From Planctomycetales bacterium (GTDB taxonomy: Bacteria > Planctomycetota > Phycisphaerae > SM23-33): a stretch of 64,000 nucleotides of DNA. The DNA is taken from the NCBI GenBank assembly GCA_030612725.1, contig JAUWNJ010000002.1:64542-128541 (forward strand), in the 5' to 3' direction. A program made the translations under genes and the position numbers. A model generated the notes under the pieces. The model was given only the letters and a program-made list of their open reading frames with translations, had not been told where the DNA came from and made no database searches. How positions within the stretch are numbered: the first letter of the stretch is position 1; every line of letters starts with the position of its first letter. Below, piece after piece: positions 28,878 to 37,947 of the stretch.

Positions 28878-29152
28878 AAATCCAAAATACGAATATCGAA
28901 ATACGAAACAAATTCGAATGACCGAATTCTCAAAATCCGAAACGAACTTGGACAACCAAAATCCAAAACGAAAGCACTATGACCTTGAAGATCGAACCTT
29001 TGAGAAAACGAGCGTGTCGCTTTGGTTCAGGAAAGCACTGAACTGATGAACATTTTCGGTTCCATCCTTCGCAAGAGCGAATGATATTTTGAACATTTGA
29101 ATTTCGTATTTCGAATTTGTTTCGTATTTCGGATTTCGATATTCGGATTTAT
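28876..29152. repeat. MITE-like palindromic element, AATCCGAAA/ATACGAAA family, copy 1 (rpe|accD)
   Basis: Left arm aatccaaaatacgaatatcgaaatacgaaacaaattcgaatgaccgaattctcaaaatccgaaacg and right arm ...ttgaatttcgtatttcgaatttgtttcgtatttcggatttcgatattcggattt are imperfect reverse complements. About 150 bp core. No ORF. Confidence 0.8.
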
Positions 29153-29162
29153 TTGAGAAACC

Positions 29163-30029
29163 ATGGCTGATCAAGACACATTTACACCGTTTCAATACGT
29201 TCCGATGCCGGACGGCCCTCCGGTCCGCAAAAAGCGCGACATGCCCGACGGACTTTGGATGCGCTGCGGCGAGTGCGAGACGATGCTGTACCGCAAGGTC
29301 GTTGCCGAAAACCTCGAAGTCTGCCCGGAGTGCGGGTGGCATTTCCGTGTCGGTGCAGCCAAACGTATCCGTCAGTTGTCCGACCCCGACACATTCGAGG
29401 AACTCTTCGACGATATCGCTCCCGATGACCCGTTGGCGTTCAAGTGGTGTGGGCAGACTTACGCCCAGCGGCTTCGCGACGAACAGGACAAGACGCAATC
29501 GACCGACGCGGTTATTACCGGAATATCCTACATCAAGGGTCGGCGAGTAGCGCTGGGCGTGATGAACGGGGATTTCCTGATGGGGTCAATGGCGTCGGTT
29601 GTCGGAGAGAAGATAACGCTGCTGATAGAACATGCCACGGATGAACGCGTCCCCCTGGTGATTGTCGGCACTTCCGGCGGGGCGAGGATGCACGAAGGAG
29701 CGCTGTCGCTTATGCAGATGGGCAAAACCAGCGCCGCTCTGGCCCGATACGACGAAGTCGGCGGGTTGTTTATCTCACTCCTGGCAGACCCGACAACAGG
29801 CGGAACAACCGCCTCATTCGCCATGCTCGGCGACATCATCATAGCCGAACCGAACGCTCTTATCGGATTCGCCGGTCAACGCGTCATCGCAAATACCATC
29901 AAGACCGAGTTGCCCGCCGGTTTCCAGCGGGCAGAATTCCTGCTCGACCACGGATTCATAGACCGCATCGTCCCGCGACATGAACTTCGCAGCGAAATCG
30001 CCCGCCTGATCGACTACTGCAAAGCATAA
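29163..30029 (+). CDS. accD: acetyl-CoA carboxylase carboxyltransferase subunit beta
   Basis: N-terminal Zn-ribbon [26 protein letters not shown] and a carboxyltransferase domain. Confidence 0.9.
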   Translation: MADQDTFTPFQYVPMPDGPPVRKKRDMPDGLWMRCGECETMLYRKVVAENLEVCPECGWHFRVGAAKRIRQLSDPDTFEELFDDIAPDDPLAFKWCGQTYAQRLRDEQDKTQSTDAVITGISYIKGRRVALGVMNGDFLMGSMASVVGEKITLLIEHATDERVPLVIVGTSGGARMHEGALSLMQMGKTSAALARYDEVGGLFISLLADPTTGGTTASFAMLGDIIIAEPNALIGFAGQRVIANTIKTELPAGFQRAEFLLDHGFIDRIVPRHELRSEIARLIDYCKA

Positions 30030-30090
30030 TTCGATTGCGGATTGTGGATTTCCAATTTGTTTAGAGAAGCCGTCGAACATTCTTCCAGTT

Positions 30091-30732
30091 TCAATTAAAA
30101 ATACCTACCCACCACGGCGCGGACGTCAGATCGCCGTAGGTTATAACATCGAAGGTCGCGTGGGCCAGAACGGGGAACAGCACGCTGCCGAAGGCCTCTC
30201 TCATCAGCCCAAAAACGATACCGAAAACTATCGTCCCCGCCCCCAGCCACAGCAGATCCGCCCGAACAGCCACATCCGGCAGGACAAACAGACTGCACTT
30301 GTAAGCCGCATGAGCAACCGCTCCGCCAACGCACGCTACCCACAGACCATACCTCCGCAAACAGCCCTGCACGAAACCTCGATACGCGACCTCCTCACAG
30401 ATGCCGATGCCCGCCGCGATGAGACAAAACCATTCCAGACGTTCGGGCAGCAGCGTTTGATGTTGTGTGCCGCGATAGTACACCGCCAGCCCAATTCCCA
30501 AAGCAACCGCCGGCAGGATATATATCAGGCGATACCTCGCAAAACCGGTTATGCCCAACAGCCCCCACGGTTGAGGTGATTTGGCGATTCCACGCGCCAG
30601 AGCCAGACCCGCTATCAAAAGCCCAGCCAGCCGAGGTAGTATCAGAGCTTCCCGATGGGCACACAGCGCAAAGACCGCCATGCCCACCGCGAACATCAGC
30701 GCCTCCACGGGCCGACCGGACCGCTGGCTCAT
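30091..30732 (-). CDS. CPBP family intramembrane glutamic endopeptidase (CAAX protease-like)
   Basis: EEVAYRG (the EExxxR motif), then FxxxH-like and HATFD motifs in TM helices. The start is set at MSQRSG, whose ATG overlaps the upstream LRR gene's stop by 1 nt. Confidence 0.65.
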   Translation of the reverse strand: MSQRSGRPVEALMFAVGMAVFALCAHREALILPRLAGLLIAGLALARGIAKSPQPWGLLGITGFARYRLIYILPAVALGIGLAVYYRGTQHQTLLPERLEWFCLIAAGIGICEEVAYRGFVQGCLRRYGLWVACVGGAVAHAAYKCSLFVLPDVAVRADLLWLGAGTIVFGIVFGLMREAFGSVLFPVLAHATFDVITYGDLTSAPWWVGIFN

Positions 30733-32076
30733 CACGCAGCCTTCCCCGTCGCAGACCGCCGACGCCACCAGACGCCCAACCCCACCGCTACGGGAACGAC
30801 CAGAAGAATCCAGGCCGAACCCATGCAGAAACCCACAATCTTACATTCCGGCAAGGCCTTGCGAATCTCGTCGTATTCCTCTTGGCGTTTCTCCAAGCCG
30901 TCGTCATCGACCACAAGCATCTTGAGATTCTTCAATTTCTTCAGAGGAGAGAGGTCCTTGACGGTCGGCGGTATTGGAACAATGGCGAGTTCCGTAAGGT
31001 TCGTCAATTTCCCGATTGGGGCGATGTTTTTGATTTTGGCATCGGTGTCCGGCCCCAGGGTCAGGCTTCGCAGTTCCCGCATATCAGTTAAGAAGTCGAG
31101 GTCGGTGAGTCCATCGGCTTCTCCAAGATGGAGAGTCTGAAGATGCTTGAGGTTCCGCAGTGCCATGAAGTCTTTAACGTAACTGCAATCCGCTATTACA
31201 AGTCCTTGCAGGTGTGTCAGTTTGGACAGCGGAGCCAGGTTCGTAACATTACCCAAGCCCAAGAATCGAAGTTTTTTCAGTTTCGTCAAGTCGGGTATTT
31301 TTTCGCCTGATATCACAAGGTGCGTAAGGTCTGACAGTTGAACAATCACATCCTCGTCGATTTTCATCCCCTTAGCAAAAAGGCAGGCTGGTTGAGCAGC
31401 GATTAGTGCTTTGCGGACGTCGGCTTCGATTGTCAGTTTCAATTCGACTGTTGGCTTCGACGTGGCGGATTTGATCTCGCTACCGCCAAAGACAACAGTG
31501 ATACCTGCCCCTGCCATGCGAGTCAGTGCCGCCGTATCGGTCGCCGCATCGCCGCTGAGTAGAAGCGTGCGAATCGTCTTTAGTTTCGCGTCAGGCTGCT
31601 GTGCAAACCATTGAGCGCCGGCTTTGTTGCTCAAATCGACGCAGATTACCTTGTCGTTCAGCAGCGCCAAGCCGGGCTGGCGGGAAAAAACCAGCGGCAT
31701 TTTCTCGTCGCCACGGAATATGTACCGGAAACTTATTTTGTCCATTGACTTGTCGGCCTTGCGATACAGTTGAATCATCAGTAGCTCTCCATCGAACGCG
31801 AGAAACTCATAATGGTCCTTGCCGGCATCTTCGGCCTCTTCCGCCCTGCCCCTACCAAATATTCCCCCCCGCTGAAAACTCCCGCACTGGACATCCTGCA
31901 CTCCTGCTCCGCCGGTAAGTTTGACCGAAACCAGACGCTCCTGTTTGGGACGCTCCTTCTCGGTGCGATCCTTCCCATCTCCGCAGGCCAGCGGCAGGAA
32001 ACATCCGATCAGCAAGAATAATTGCACGAAATGACGTAACCTCGGCCGAACACATCGGTAAATGATATGAAGCATC
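30732..32076 (-). CDS. leucine-rich repeat lipoprotein with C-terminal TM anchor
   Basis: Lipobox LLIGCFLPLACG, multiple LxxLxLxxN LRR units, and a C-terminal GSAWILLVVPVAVGLGVWWRRR. Confidence 0.65.
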
Positions 32077-32115
32077 GCTTTTCTCCCTGATTTATAGCCT
32101 ACGAAGGAGTATCTG

Positions 32116-34023
32116 CTATTCTCCGGCTGCATTTTCCTGGGTGTTCTCGCTTTCGGAGGTTGTTTTTTTCTTCCTGCTTCGTCGTCTTCGTCGCGGTTTC
32201 TTTTTTGCTTTTGCCTGTTCGGGTTCGGGTTCGGGTTCTTTTTCGCTTTCTTTTACTTCTTCTTTTGCCTCGACTTTTGTCTCATCGGTTGTCTCATCGG
32301 GCTCTGTTGCGGGTTTTTTCTTTCGTCGTCGCCGGCGCGATTTTTTCTTTTTCTTCGGGACGTCGGATTCGGCGTCGGTTGTTTCGTCGGCTGGCGTTTC
32401 GGCCGCTTCTTCAAGTTGTTGTTTCTGGAAGGCTGACAGCTCAGCGAGGGTGATTTCCCTTGTGGGCGCTTTTTCGATTTTACCGGGGGCGGACGAATCC
32501 GTTTCACATTGAACCGTTGCTCCTCGTGTATCGGTACATGTCAGTCTGGTTTCGCTGACCGGCAGATCGGCGTTAGCGTGAATGAGGATTTGTGTCTGTG
32601 AAACCTTTTCCAGTTCTGTAATGTCATTTCGGTGATGGTTGAAGAGATGTTCTGCCACAGTGGTCGCGACAGTCAGTTCGATTTTCGCGATGCCTTCATC
32701 GCTTGTAGCGAGTTGCAACGCGCGTAACGTTGCCAGTGTTTGCGATTTGACGGACCTGATTCGCCCGGCCCCGCCGCAGTGCGGACATGGACGCGAGATA
32801 GCGCTTGCCAGCGACGGTTTGATTCGCTGGCGGGTCATTTCAACGATACCGAACCGGCTCATTCGCAGTATTTTTGTCTTGGCGCGGTCTTTTTTGGTCT
32901 CTTCGCGGAGGATTCGTTCGATTTCCCGGCAGTGTTTTCCATCGATCATGTCGATGAAGTCGATGACGATTACGCCGCCGAGGTCGCGGAGTCGCAGTTG
33001 TCGTGGAATTTCGTGGGCGGCTTCACTGTTCATCCGAAACGCCATTGTTTCGGCATTGTCTGTGTCGCGGAACCGTCCGGAGTTGATGTCAATGGCGACC
33101 AATGCCTCTGCCTGGTCGATTATCAACGACCCGCCGGAGTCGAGGGACACTCGCGGAGAGGTAATGGCTTCGATTTCCCGCTCCAGTCCGAAGGCGTAGA
33201 ACAGGCCGGCCTGTCCGGTGTACAGTTCAACCCGATTGCTTGTTCGCGGCATGTTCAGGTGGAGGAATTCTTTTACCTTGCAGGCGACTGTTTCGTTGTC
33301 GCAGATAATTCGCTTGATGTCGGAGTTATATATGTCTCGGATAGTGCGTATGACCAGGTCGGATTCCTGATATATTTCCGCAGGTGCGCCGGTTTTTTTC
33401 TCTCGCTGTTCGATAGACTTCCATAGTCTCGTGAGGTAATTCAAGTCTCGCTGGAGGTCGTGTTTCGACCTGCCCATTCCGGCGGTTCGGACGATGAAAC
33501 CGAGATCGGACGGAGGTTCGAGTTCTTCCAGTATGGCGCGCATCTTGGTTCTTGCGTCTTCATCTTCTATCTTTCGTGAAATACCGAGCCTTTGCATTCC
33601 CGGCATCAGCACGAGGTATCGTCCCGGAATTGAGATATAGGTCGTCAGTGTCGAACCCTTCGTTCCGATACCGTCCTTGATAACCTGGACGGTAACTTCC
33701 TGCCCTCGGCGGAGGCACTTCTGGATGGGGGGACGTTCTTTGCGAGTGCGCTTTTTACCGACGTCTTCGGGGCGATTCTCACCTTCGGGAAAATATTCCG
33801 GGTGCAAATCGGAGATGTGGAGGAAACCGTTCTTAACTATACCAAAATCCACAAAGGCCGCCTGAATCGAAGGCTCGACGTTGGTTACGCGCCCCTTGTA
33901 AATGTTGCCGACATGCGAGAGGCTAGATGCCTGCTCAATGTAAAGTTCGGTAAGATTGTTATCGCTTACAATGGCGATCCGGCACTCGTCCGGCTGGGCG
34001 TTTATCAGCATTTCCTTTGTCAT
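32116..34023 (-). CDS. rng: ribonuclease E/G family endoribonuclease
   Basis: S1 domain and RNase E/G catalytic core (DNase I-like region, Zn-link CPHCGG) plus a Lys/Glu-rich low-complexity C-terminal tail. Confidence 0.85.
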   Translation of the reverse strand: MTKEMLINAQPDECRIAIVSDNNLTELYIEQASSLSHVGNIYKGRVTNVEPSIQAAFVDFGIVKNGFLHISDLHPEYFPEGENRPEDVGKKRTRKERPPIQKCLRRGQEVTVQVIKDGIGTKGSTLTTYISIPGRYLVLMPGMQRLGISRKIEDEDARTKMRAILEELEPPSDLGFIVRTAGMGRSKHDLQRDLNYLTRLWKSIEQREKKTGAPAEIYQESDLVIRTIRDIYNSDIKRIICDNETVACKVKEFLHLNMPRTSNRVELYTGQAGLFYAFGLEREIEAITSPRVSLDSGGSLIIDQAEALVAIDINSGRFRDTDNAETMAFRMNSEAAHEIPRQLRLRDLGGVIVIDFIDMIDGKHCREIERILREETKKDRAKTKILRMSRFGIVEMTRQRIKPSLASAISRPCPHCGGAGRIRSVKSQTLATLRALQLATSDEGIAKIELTVATTVAEHLFNHHRNDITELEKVSQTQILIHANADLPVSETRLTCTDTRGATVQCETDSSAPGKIEKAPTREITLAELSAFQKQQLEEAAETPADETTDAESDVPKKKKKSRRRRRKKKPATEPDETTDETKVEAKEEVKESEKEPEPEPEQAKAKKKPRRRRRSRKKKTTSESENTQENAAGE

Positions 34024-34101
34024 ACTTTCACGTTCCTTCGTTGACGCATCAATTTCGTATTTTTACAGGCAGGGCCATCGTGGCGAAGCCTTTTTCGTCA
34101 G

Positions 34102-34800
34102 TTAGAATTCGCACTCGAGGGCTGTTTTTTCCAGCCTGGCGAGTGTTTCGTTAACATCGGCGACTTCCAGCAGTCTTAACACCCGTTCGGGTCCGATGGG
34201 TCCGTCCGGTGGTTCAGGCGCAAGCGTGAAGGATAGTTTTCCGTCGTTCCCGCCTGACGACGATATGCCGATGCCGCCTATTTGTCCCTTGATGTCTATA
34301 AGTTTGTTTGGTTTATCATCGCCGGGGTTGCGACGGCGGGCGACTTCCCACTTTGCGGTCTGTTTCAGCGCCTCCAGACGGGCCTCTATTTGCTTCCGTT
34401 CGCAATCGGTCAATGATAATTCGTACGTTACCGCCTTGATTTTCGCCTTGGTCTTGTTCGGTAGCGGTTCGGTTTTTATCAGTTTCATTCCTTCGGGAAA
34501 CTGCTCGCCGAGGTGCAGACCCGGGTCTGACGCAGGTGAATCGGTTTTCAACTCGATTACCATCAATTCGCATCGGCTGCTTACGCCCACCGGGCGGGGC
34601 AGCGGCAGGGACAGTTTGGGACGGGGATTGAATCCTTCGGAGAATTTTATCGGTAGTCCGGCCCGAGCGGCTGAACGTTCGCACAGGCTCATCATGTTGC
34701 GGTGCGAGAGGAACCGCAAATCCCCCCCGACGGTGAACCACACCGCCCATTGCATTTTTGATTTTCGATTTTCGATTTTCGATTTTACCAGGGCGGACAT
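34102..34800 (-). CDS. DUF2344 (TIGR03936, radical-SAM-linked) family protein
   Basis: FTVGGDLRFLSHRNMMSLCERSAARAGLPIKFSEGFNPRPKLSL is the DUF2344 signature. The start may instead be the internal MQWAV at 34755; the first 15 codons run through a gattttc x4 tandem repeat. Confidence 0.65.
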   Translation of the reverse strand: MSALVKSKIENRKSKMQWAVWFTVGGDLRFLSHRNMMSLCERSAARAGLPIKFSEGFNPRPKLSLPLPRPVGVSSRCELMVIELKTDSPASDPGLHLGEQFPEGMKLIKTEPLPNKTKAKIKAVTYELSLTDCERKQIEARLEALKQTAKWEVARRRNPGDDKPNKLIDIKGQIGGIGISSSGGNDGKLSFTLAPEPPDGPIGPERVLRLLEVADVNETLARLEKTALECEF

Positions 34801-34851
34801 ACGGTATTCCGTTTTTTCAGTCCCTAATCCCTAGCCCCAAGTCCCTGTCTT

Positions 34852-36588
34852 TTAGTACGCTTCCGGCATCACTTCACGAATCTGGTTGCGCAGATAGGAG
34901 ACTATTTGTTTGTCTATATTTAATGTCGCCACATGCCGGGCGACCCGGCGGGCGTGTTCGATTGTTATTGAACGAATGACCTTCTTCAGTTCCGGTACAC
35001 TCGGCGGGGCCACCGAAAAAGTTCGCAGACCCATTCCCAGCAACAGAAGGATGTATTTCGGGTCGCTTCCCATCTCCCCGCAGAGCGAAACTCCTACATC
35101 ATATCGCTGTCCGGCGCGGATGACTTCCTTTATCAATCGCAGCACAGCCGGGTTGGCGGCAGTGAACAGCGGCGCGACCCGCTCATTGGTTCTATCGACC
35201 GCCAACGTGTACTGGATCAGGTCGTTGGTCCCGATTGAGAAGAAATCCACTTCCTGCGCGAACTGGTTGCACTGAAGCGCCGCCGAGGGGACTTCCATCA
35301 TCATCCCTACGGGCACGTCTGTGCGGACCTCGACGCCTTCTTCCTCCAGGTCTTCCATCACATCTCGCAGAATCATCTTTGCCTGGCGGAGTTCCATCAC
35401 CGTGGTAATCAGCGGGAACATGACTGATACCTCGCCTTTCATCGACGCCCGCAGAATTGCCCGCAACTGCGTCTTGAATAATTGCAGGTGCTGGAAGCAG
35501 AAGCGAATGCTTCGCAAGCCCAGGAACGGGTTTCGCTCCTGTATGAGCAAATGCGCCTGCGTGTACTTATCAGCGCCCAGATCGAGCGTGCGTATGCACA
35601 CGGGACGACCATCCATAGCCTCGATTACTTTGCAATACGCCTCGTAATGGTCCTCTTCGGTCGGTTCGGTTTCCTTTTCGAGGTAGAGAAATTCGGTTCG
35701 GTACAGCCCGACGCCCTGCCCGCCCCTGGCAAGGACATTCTCCGCTTCACTCGGAAATTCGATATTTCCCAGAAGCGTTATTTCATGCCCGTCCATCGTA
35801 ATGGCGGGTAAATCCCGCAGGCGATCCAGTTCGCGGGTGAATTCGACCTGGCGACGCAGGAATTGGCGATTTTCCTCTATGGTGGCTTCGTCAGGTTCGA
35901 TGATGACAAGGCCACGGTTACCGTCGATGATTACTATGTCTCCGGCGTTGACGGAAACGCTCACATCATTAAGCCCGACAACGGCGGGGATACCCAGAGC
36001 ACGGGCGACAATGGCGGTATGACTGGTCCGACCGCCGGCGTCGATTGCCAGACCCAGGATATGTTTGCGGTCCATGCTGGCCGTCTGGGAGGGCGTAAGG
36101 TCGTGGGCGAGCACGACTACGTCTTCGGTCAGGTGCCCAAGACCTTCCCTGCTTTCGCCGATTAATCGGCGGAGGATACGCTTCTCGACGTCATAGACGT
36201 CCTTGACTCTCTCTGCGAGATACTCCGGCATCTGGAGGAATTCCTTGGCGTACTCGCGCAGGACGGTGGCGACGGCGAATTCAGCCGTTACGCTTTCGGT
36301 TTTGATTTTGTCCCTGACTTTTTCCAGCAGGGCTTCATCGCCCAGCAGCGCAAGGTGGAAGTCGAAGATTGCTCCCGTTTCCTTTCCAAGCCGCTTGGCG
36401 GTGTTGTCGCGCAGTTCGGTCAGTTCTTCGCGTGCCCCAGTCAGGGCGTATTCGAGGCGTTCAGCCTCTTCGCCGGCGCGGTCGGCGCTTATATGCCGCT
36501 CGGGAATGCGATATTCCTCGGCATCCAGGACAACAGCCTGGCAGATCACCACGCCGGGTGAAACTCCGATGCCTTTCTTGATTTCCAT
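34852..36588 (-). CDS. ptsI: phosphoenolpyruvate-protein phosphotransferase (PTS enzyme I)
   Basis: Active-site His region GGRTSHTAIVARALGIPAVVG and a PEP-utilizing C-domain. Confidence 0.9.
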   Translation of the reverse strand: MEIKKGIGVSPGVVICQAVVLDAEEYRIPERHISADRAGEEAERLEYALTGAREELTELRDNTAKRLGKETGAIFDFHLALLGDEALLEKVRDKIKTESVTAEFAVATVLREYAKEFLQMPEYLAERVKDVYDVEKRILRRLIGESREGLGHLTEDVVVLAHDLTPSQTASMDRKHILGLAIDAGGRTSHTAIVARALGIPAVVGLNDVSVSVNAGDIVIIDGNRGLVIIEPDEATIEENRQFLRRQVEFTRELDRLRDLPAITMDGHEITLLGNIEFPSEAENVLARGGQGVGLYRTEFLYLEKETEPTEEDHYEAYCKVIEAMDGRPVCIRTLDLGADKYTQAHLLIQERNPFLGLRSIRFCFQHLQLFKTQLRAILRASMKGEVSVMFPLITTVMELRQAKMILRDVMEDLEEEGVEVRTDVPVGMMMEVPSAALQCNQFAQEVDFFSIGTNDLIQYTLAVDRTNERVAPLFTAANPAVLRLIKEVIRAGQRYDVGVSLCGEMGSDPKYILLLLGMGLRTFSVAPPSVPELKKVIRSITIEHARRVARHVATLNIDKQIVSYLRNQIREVMPEAY

Positions 36589-36598
36589 AATTAATTAG

Positions 36599-36682
36599 CG
36601 GTCAGCAATCAGCGTTCAGCAGTCAGCAATTAAGTGTGTTACTTTTTCTTTTACTGACCGCTGATTGCTGACTGCTGATTGC
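36599..36682. repeat. inverted repeat built of CAGCAATCAG units between ptsH and ptsI
   Basis: Left arm gcggtcagcaatcagcgttcagcagtcagcaat, right arm actgaccgctgattgctgactgctgattgc. The same unit family recurs at 60586-60709. Confidence 0.75.
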
Positions 36683-36690
36683 TCTTCTTC

Positions 36691-36963
36691 TCATTCTTCG
36701 CCGAATTTATCTTTGATCAGCCCCGACAGTTTGCCGATGGCTTTGTCGGCATCCTGTCCATCCGCCCTGATTCGCAGTAGAGTGCCTTTCTCTGCCCCGA
36801 GAGTCAACATCGAGGTAACACTCTTTCCATCCACTACAAGGTCATTCTTGATGACCTCTATTTTAGATTCATATTTATTGGCCAATTGCACGAACTGCGT
36901 CGCCGGACGGGCATGCAGGCCATGTTTATTGATTAATGTTATTTCTACTTCGTGTTTGCTCAA
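36691..36963 (-). CDS. ptsH: phosphocarrier protein HPr
   Basis: HGLHARPAT active-site His15 motif. 90 aa. Confidence 0.9.
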   Translation of the reverse strand: MSKHEVEITLINKHGLHARPATQFVQLANKYESKIEVIKNDLVVDGKSVTSMLTLGAEKGTLLRIRADGQDADKAIGKLSGLIKDKFGEE

Positions 36964-37022
36964 TTGTTTTTTATCGCTTCACAAAAAAGGAACAATCTTT
37001 TTAACCACAGGCAACATCCCAT

Positions 37023-37490
37023 TTACGCCATCTCATCGGCTTCGACGATGAGTTCGGCGATTGCCTTGGGTGTTTCGCTCTGACGGAGGAATTTTCTGAA
37101 AATGTCCCGTTGCACGTGCTTGAAGATAGTTTCCATTGCCTGAAGGTGCTCATCGGGATTGTCGGGGTTGGACAACAGTAAAATAACTATATAGACGGGT
37201 TTGGAGTCCAATGCGCCGAACTCGACACCGGTAGCCGAGCGTCCTATTGCACCGACGGCCTGCTTGACGGTTTTAACCTTGGCGTGGGGAAGGGCGACGC
37301 CCTTTCCGATACCGGTAGTTGCTTGCTTTTCCCTGGCAAGAACCGCGGTAGTTGCGTCCTTTACGCTCCGTGCCGAAATCGCGCCGGAATCGGCCAATAC
37401 CGACATCAACCGCTTGATGGCTTCGTCACGCGTAACGTCGTTCAGGTCGGCAATAACGGCGTCCGAAGCGATTATGTCCGATAATTTCAT
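37023..37490 (-). CDS. ptsN: PTS IIA-like nitrogen regulatory protein (EIIA-Ntr family)
   Basis: Fructose-family EIIA fold with the GIGKGVALPHAK active-site His. Confidence 0.85.
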   Translation of the reverse strand: MKLSDIIASDAVIADLNDVTRDEAIKRLMSVLADSGAISARSVKDATTAVLAREKQATTGIGKGVALPHAKVKTVKQAVGAIGRSATGVEFGALDSKPVYIVILLLSNPDNPDEHLQAMETIFKHVQRDIFRKFLRQSETPKAIAELIVEADEMA

Positions 37491-37506
37491 GCTTCTGCTC
37501 CTGTTT

Positions 37507-37549
37507 GGTAATTGGTAATTGGTAATCAGTAATTGGTAATTGGTAATCC
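37507..37549. repeat. tandem heptamer array (GGTAATT x6) in the ptsN 5' leader
   Basis: ggtaattggtaattggtaatcagtaattggtaattggtaatcc, 17 nt upstream of the ptsN ATG. Related arrays at 42240-42319 and 55186-55225. Confidence 0.75.
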
Positions 37550-37569
37550 GGCATCGAACACTTTACTGA

Positions 37570-37908
37570 TTACTCGTTTCCTGCCACTGAATCATTAATC
37601 TGTTCATGTGTCGGTCCATGTCGGTCGCGGATTTTGTCCTTATGGCGTCGCAGCTGCTCTTCCATTTTATGGATGCACTGATCCACGCATGCGTACATAT
37701 CCCGTCCACGATGGTGGGCGACGAAGGTGCTTTTACGTTTTCCTGACGCGACGATCTCGACGTAATGCTCTCCGGCATCGACGGCGAATGTTATATCGAC
37801 GGACTGCAAACCGTTATAAAAATGCGGCAGCCCGTTCACCTTTTCCCGGGCATACTCTTTCATTGCGTCTGTCAGTTCCACGTGTCTGGCCACAACGGAT
37901 ACATTCAC
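37570..37908 (-). CDS. hpf: ribosome hibernation promoting factor
   Basis: Short HPF/RaiA (112 aa): MNVSVVARHVELTDAMKEYAREKV... Confidence 0.9.
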   Translation of the reverse strand: MNVSVVARHVELTDAMKEYAREKVNGLPHFYNGLQSVDITFAVDAGEHYVEIVASGKRKSTFVAHHRGRDMYACVDQCIHKMEEQLRRHKDKIRDRHGPTHEQINDSVAGNE

Positions 37909-37947
37909 GATAGATTTCTCCAGTATTAGGGTCCAATGAACCTGATG

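Noticed and set aside
28977-29498. A 173-aa minus-strand ORF spanning the MITE-like element core and the accD 5' end.
   Set aside because: It overlaps the well-supported accD start and is antisense to it. The element core is AT-rich and non-coding.
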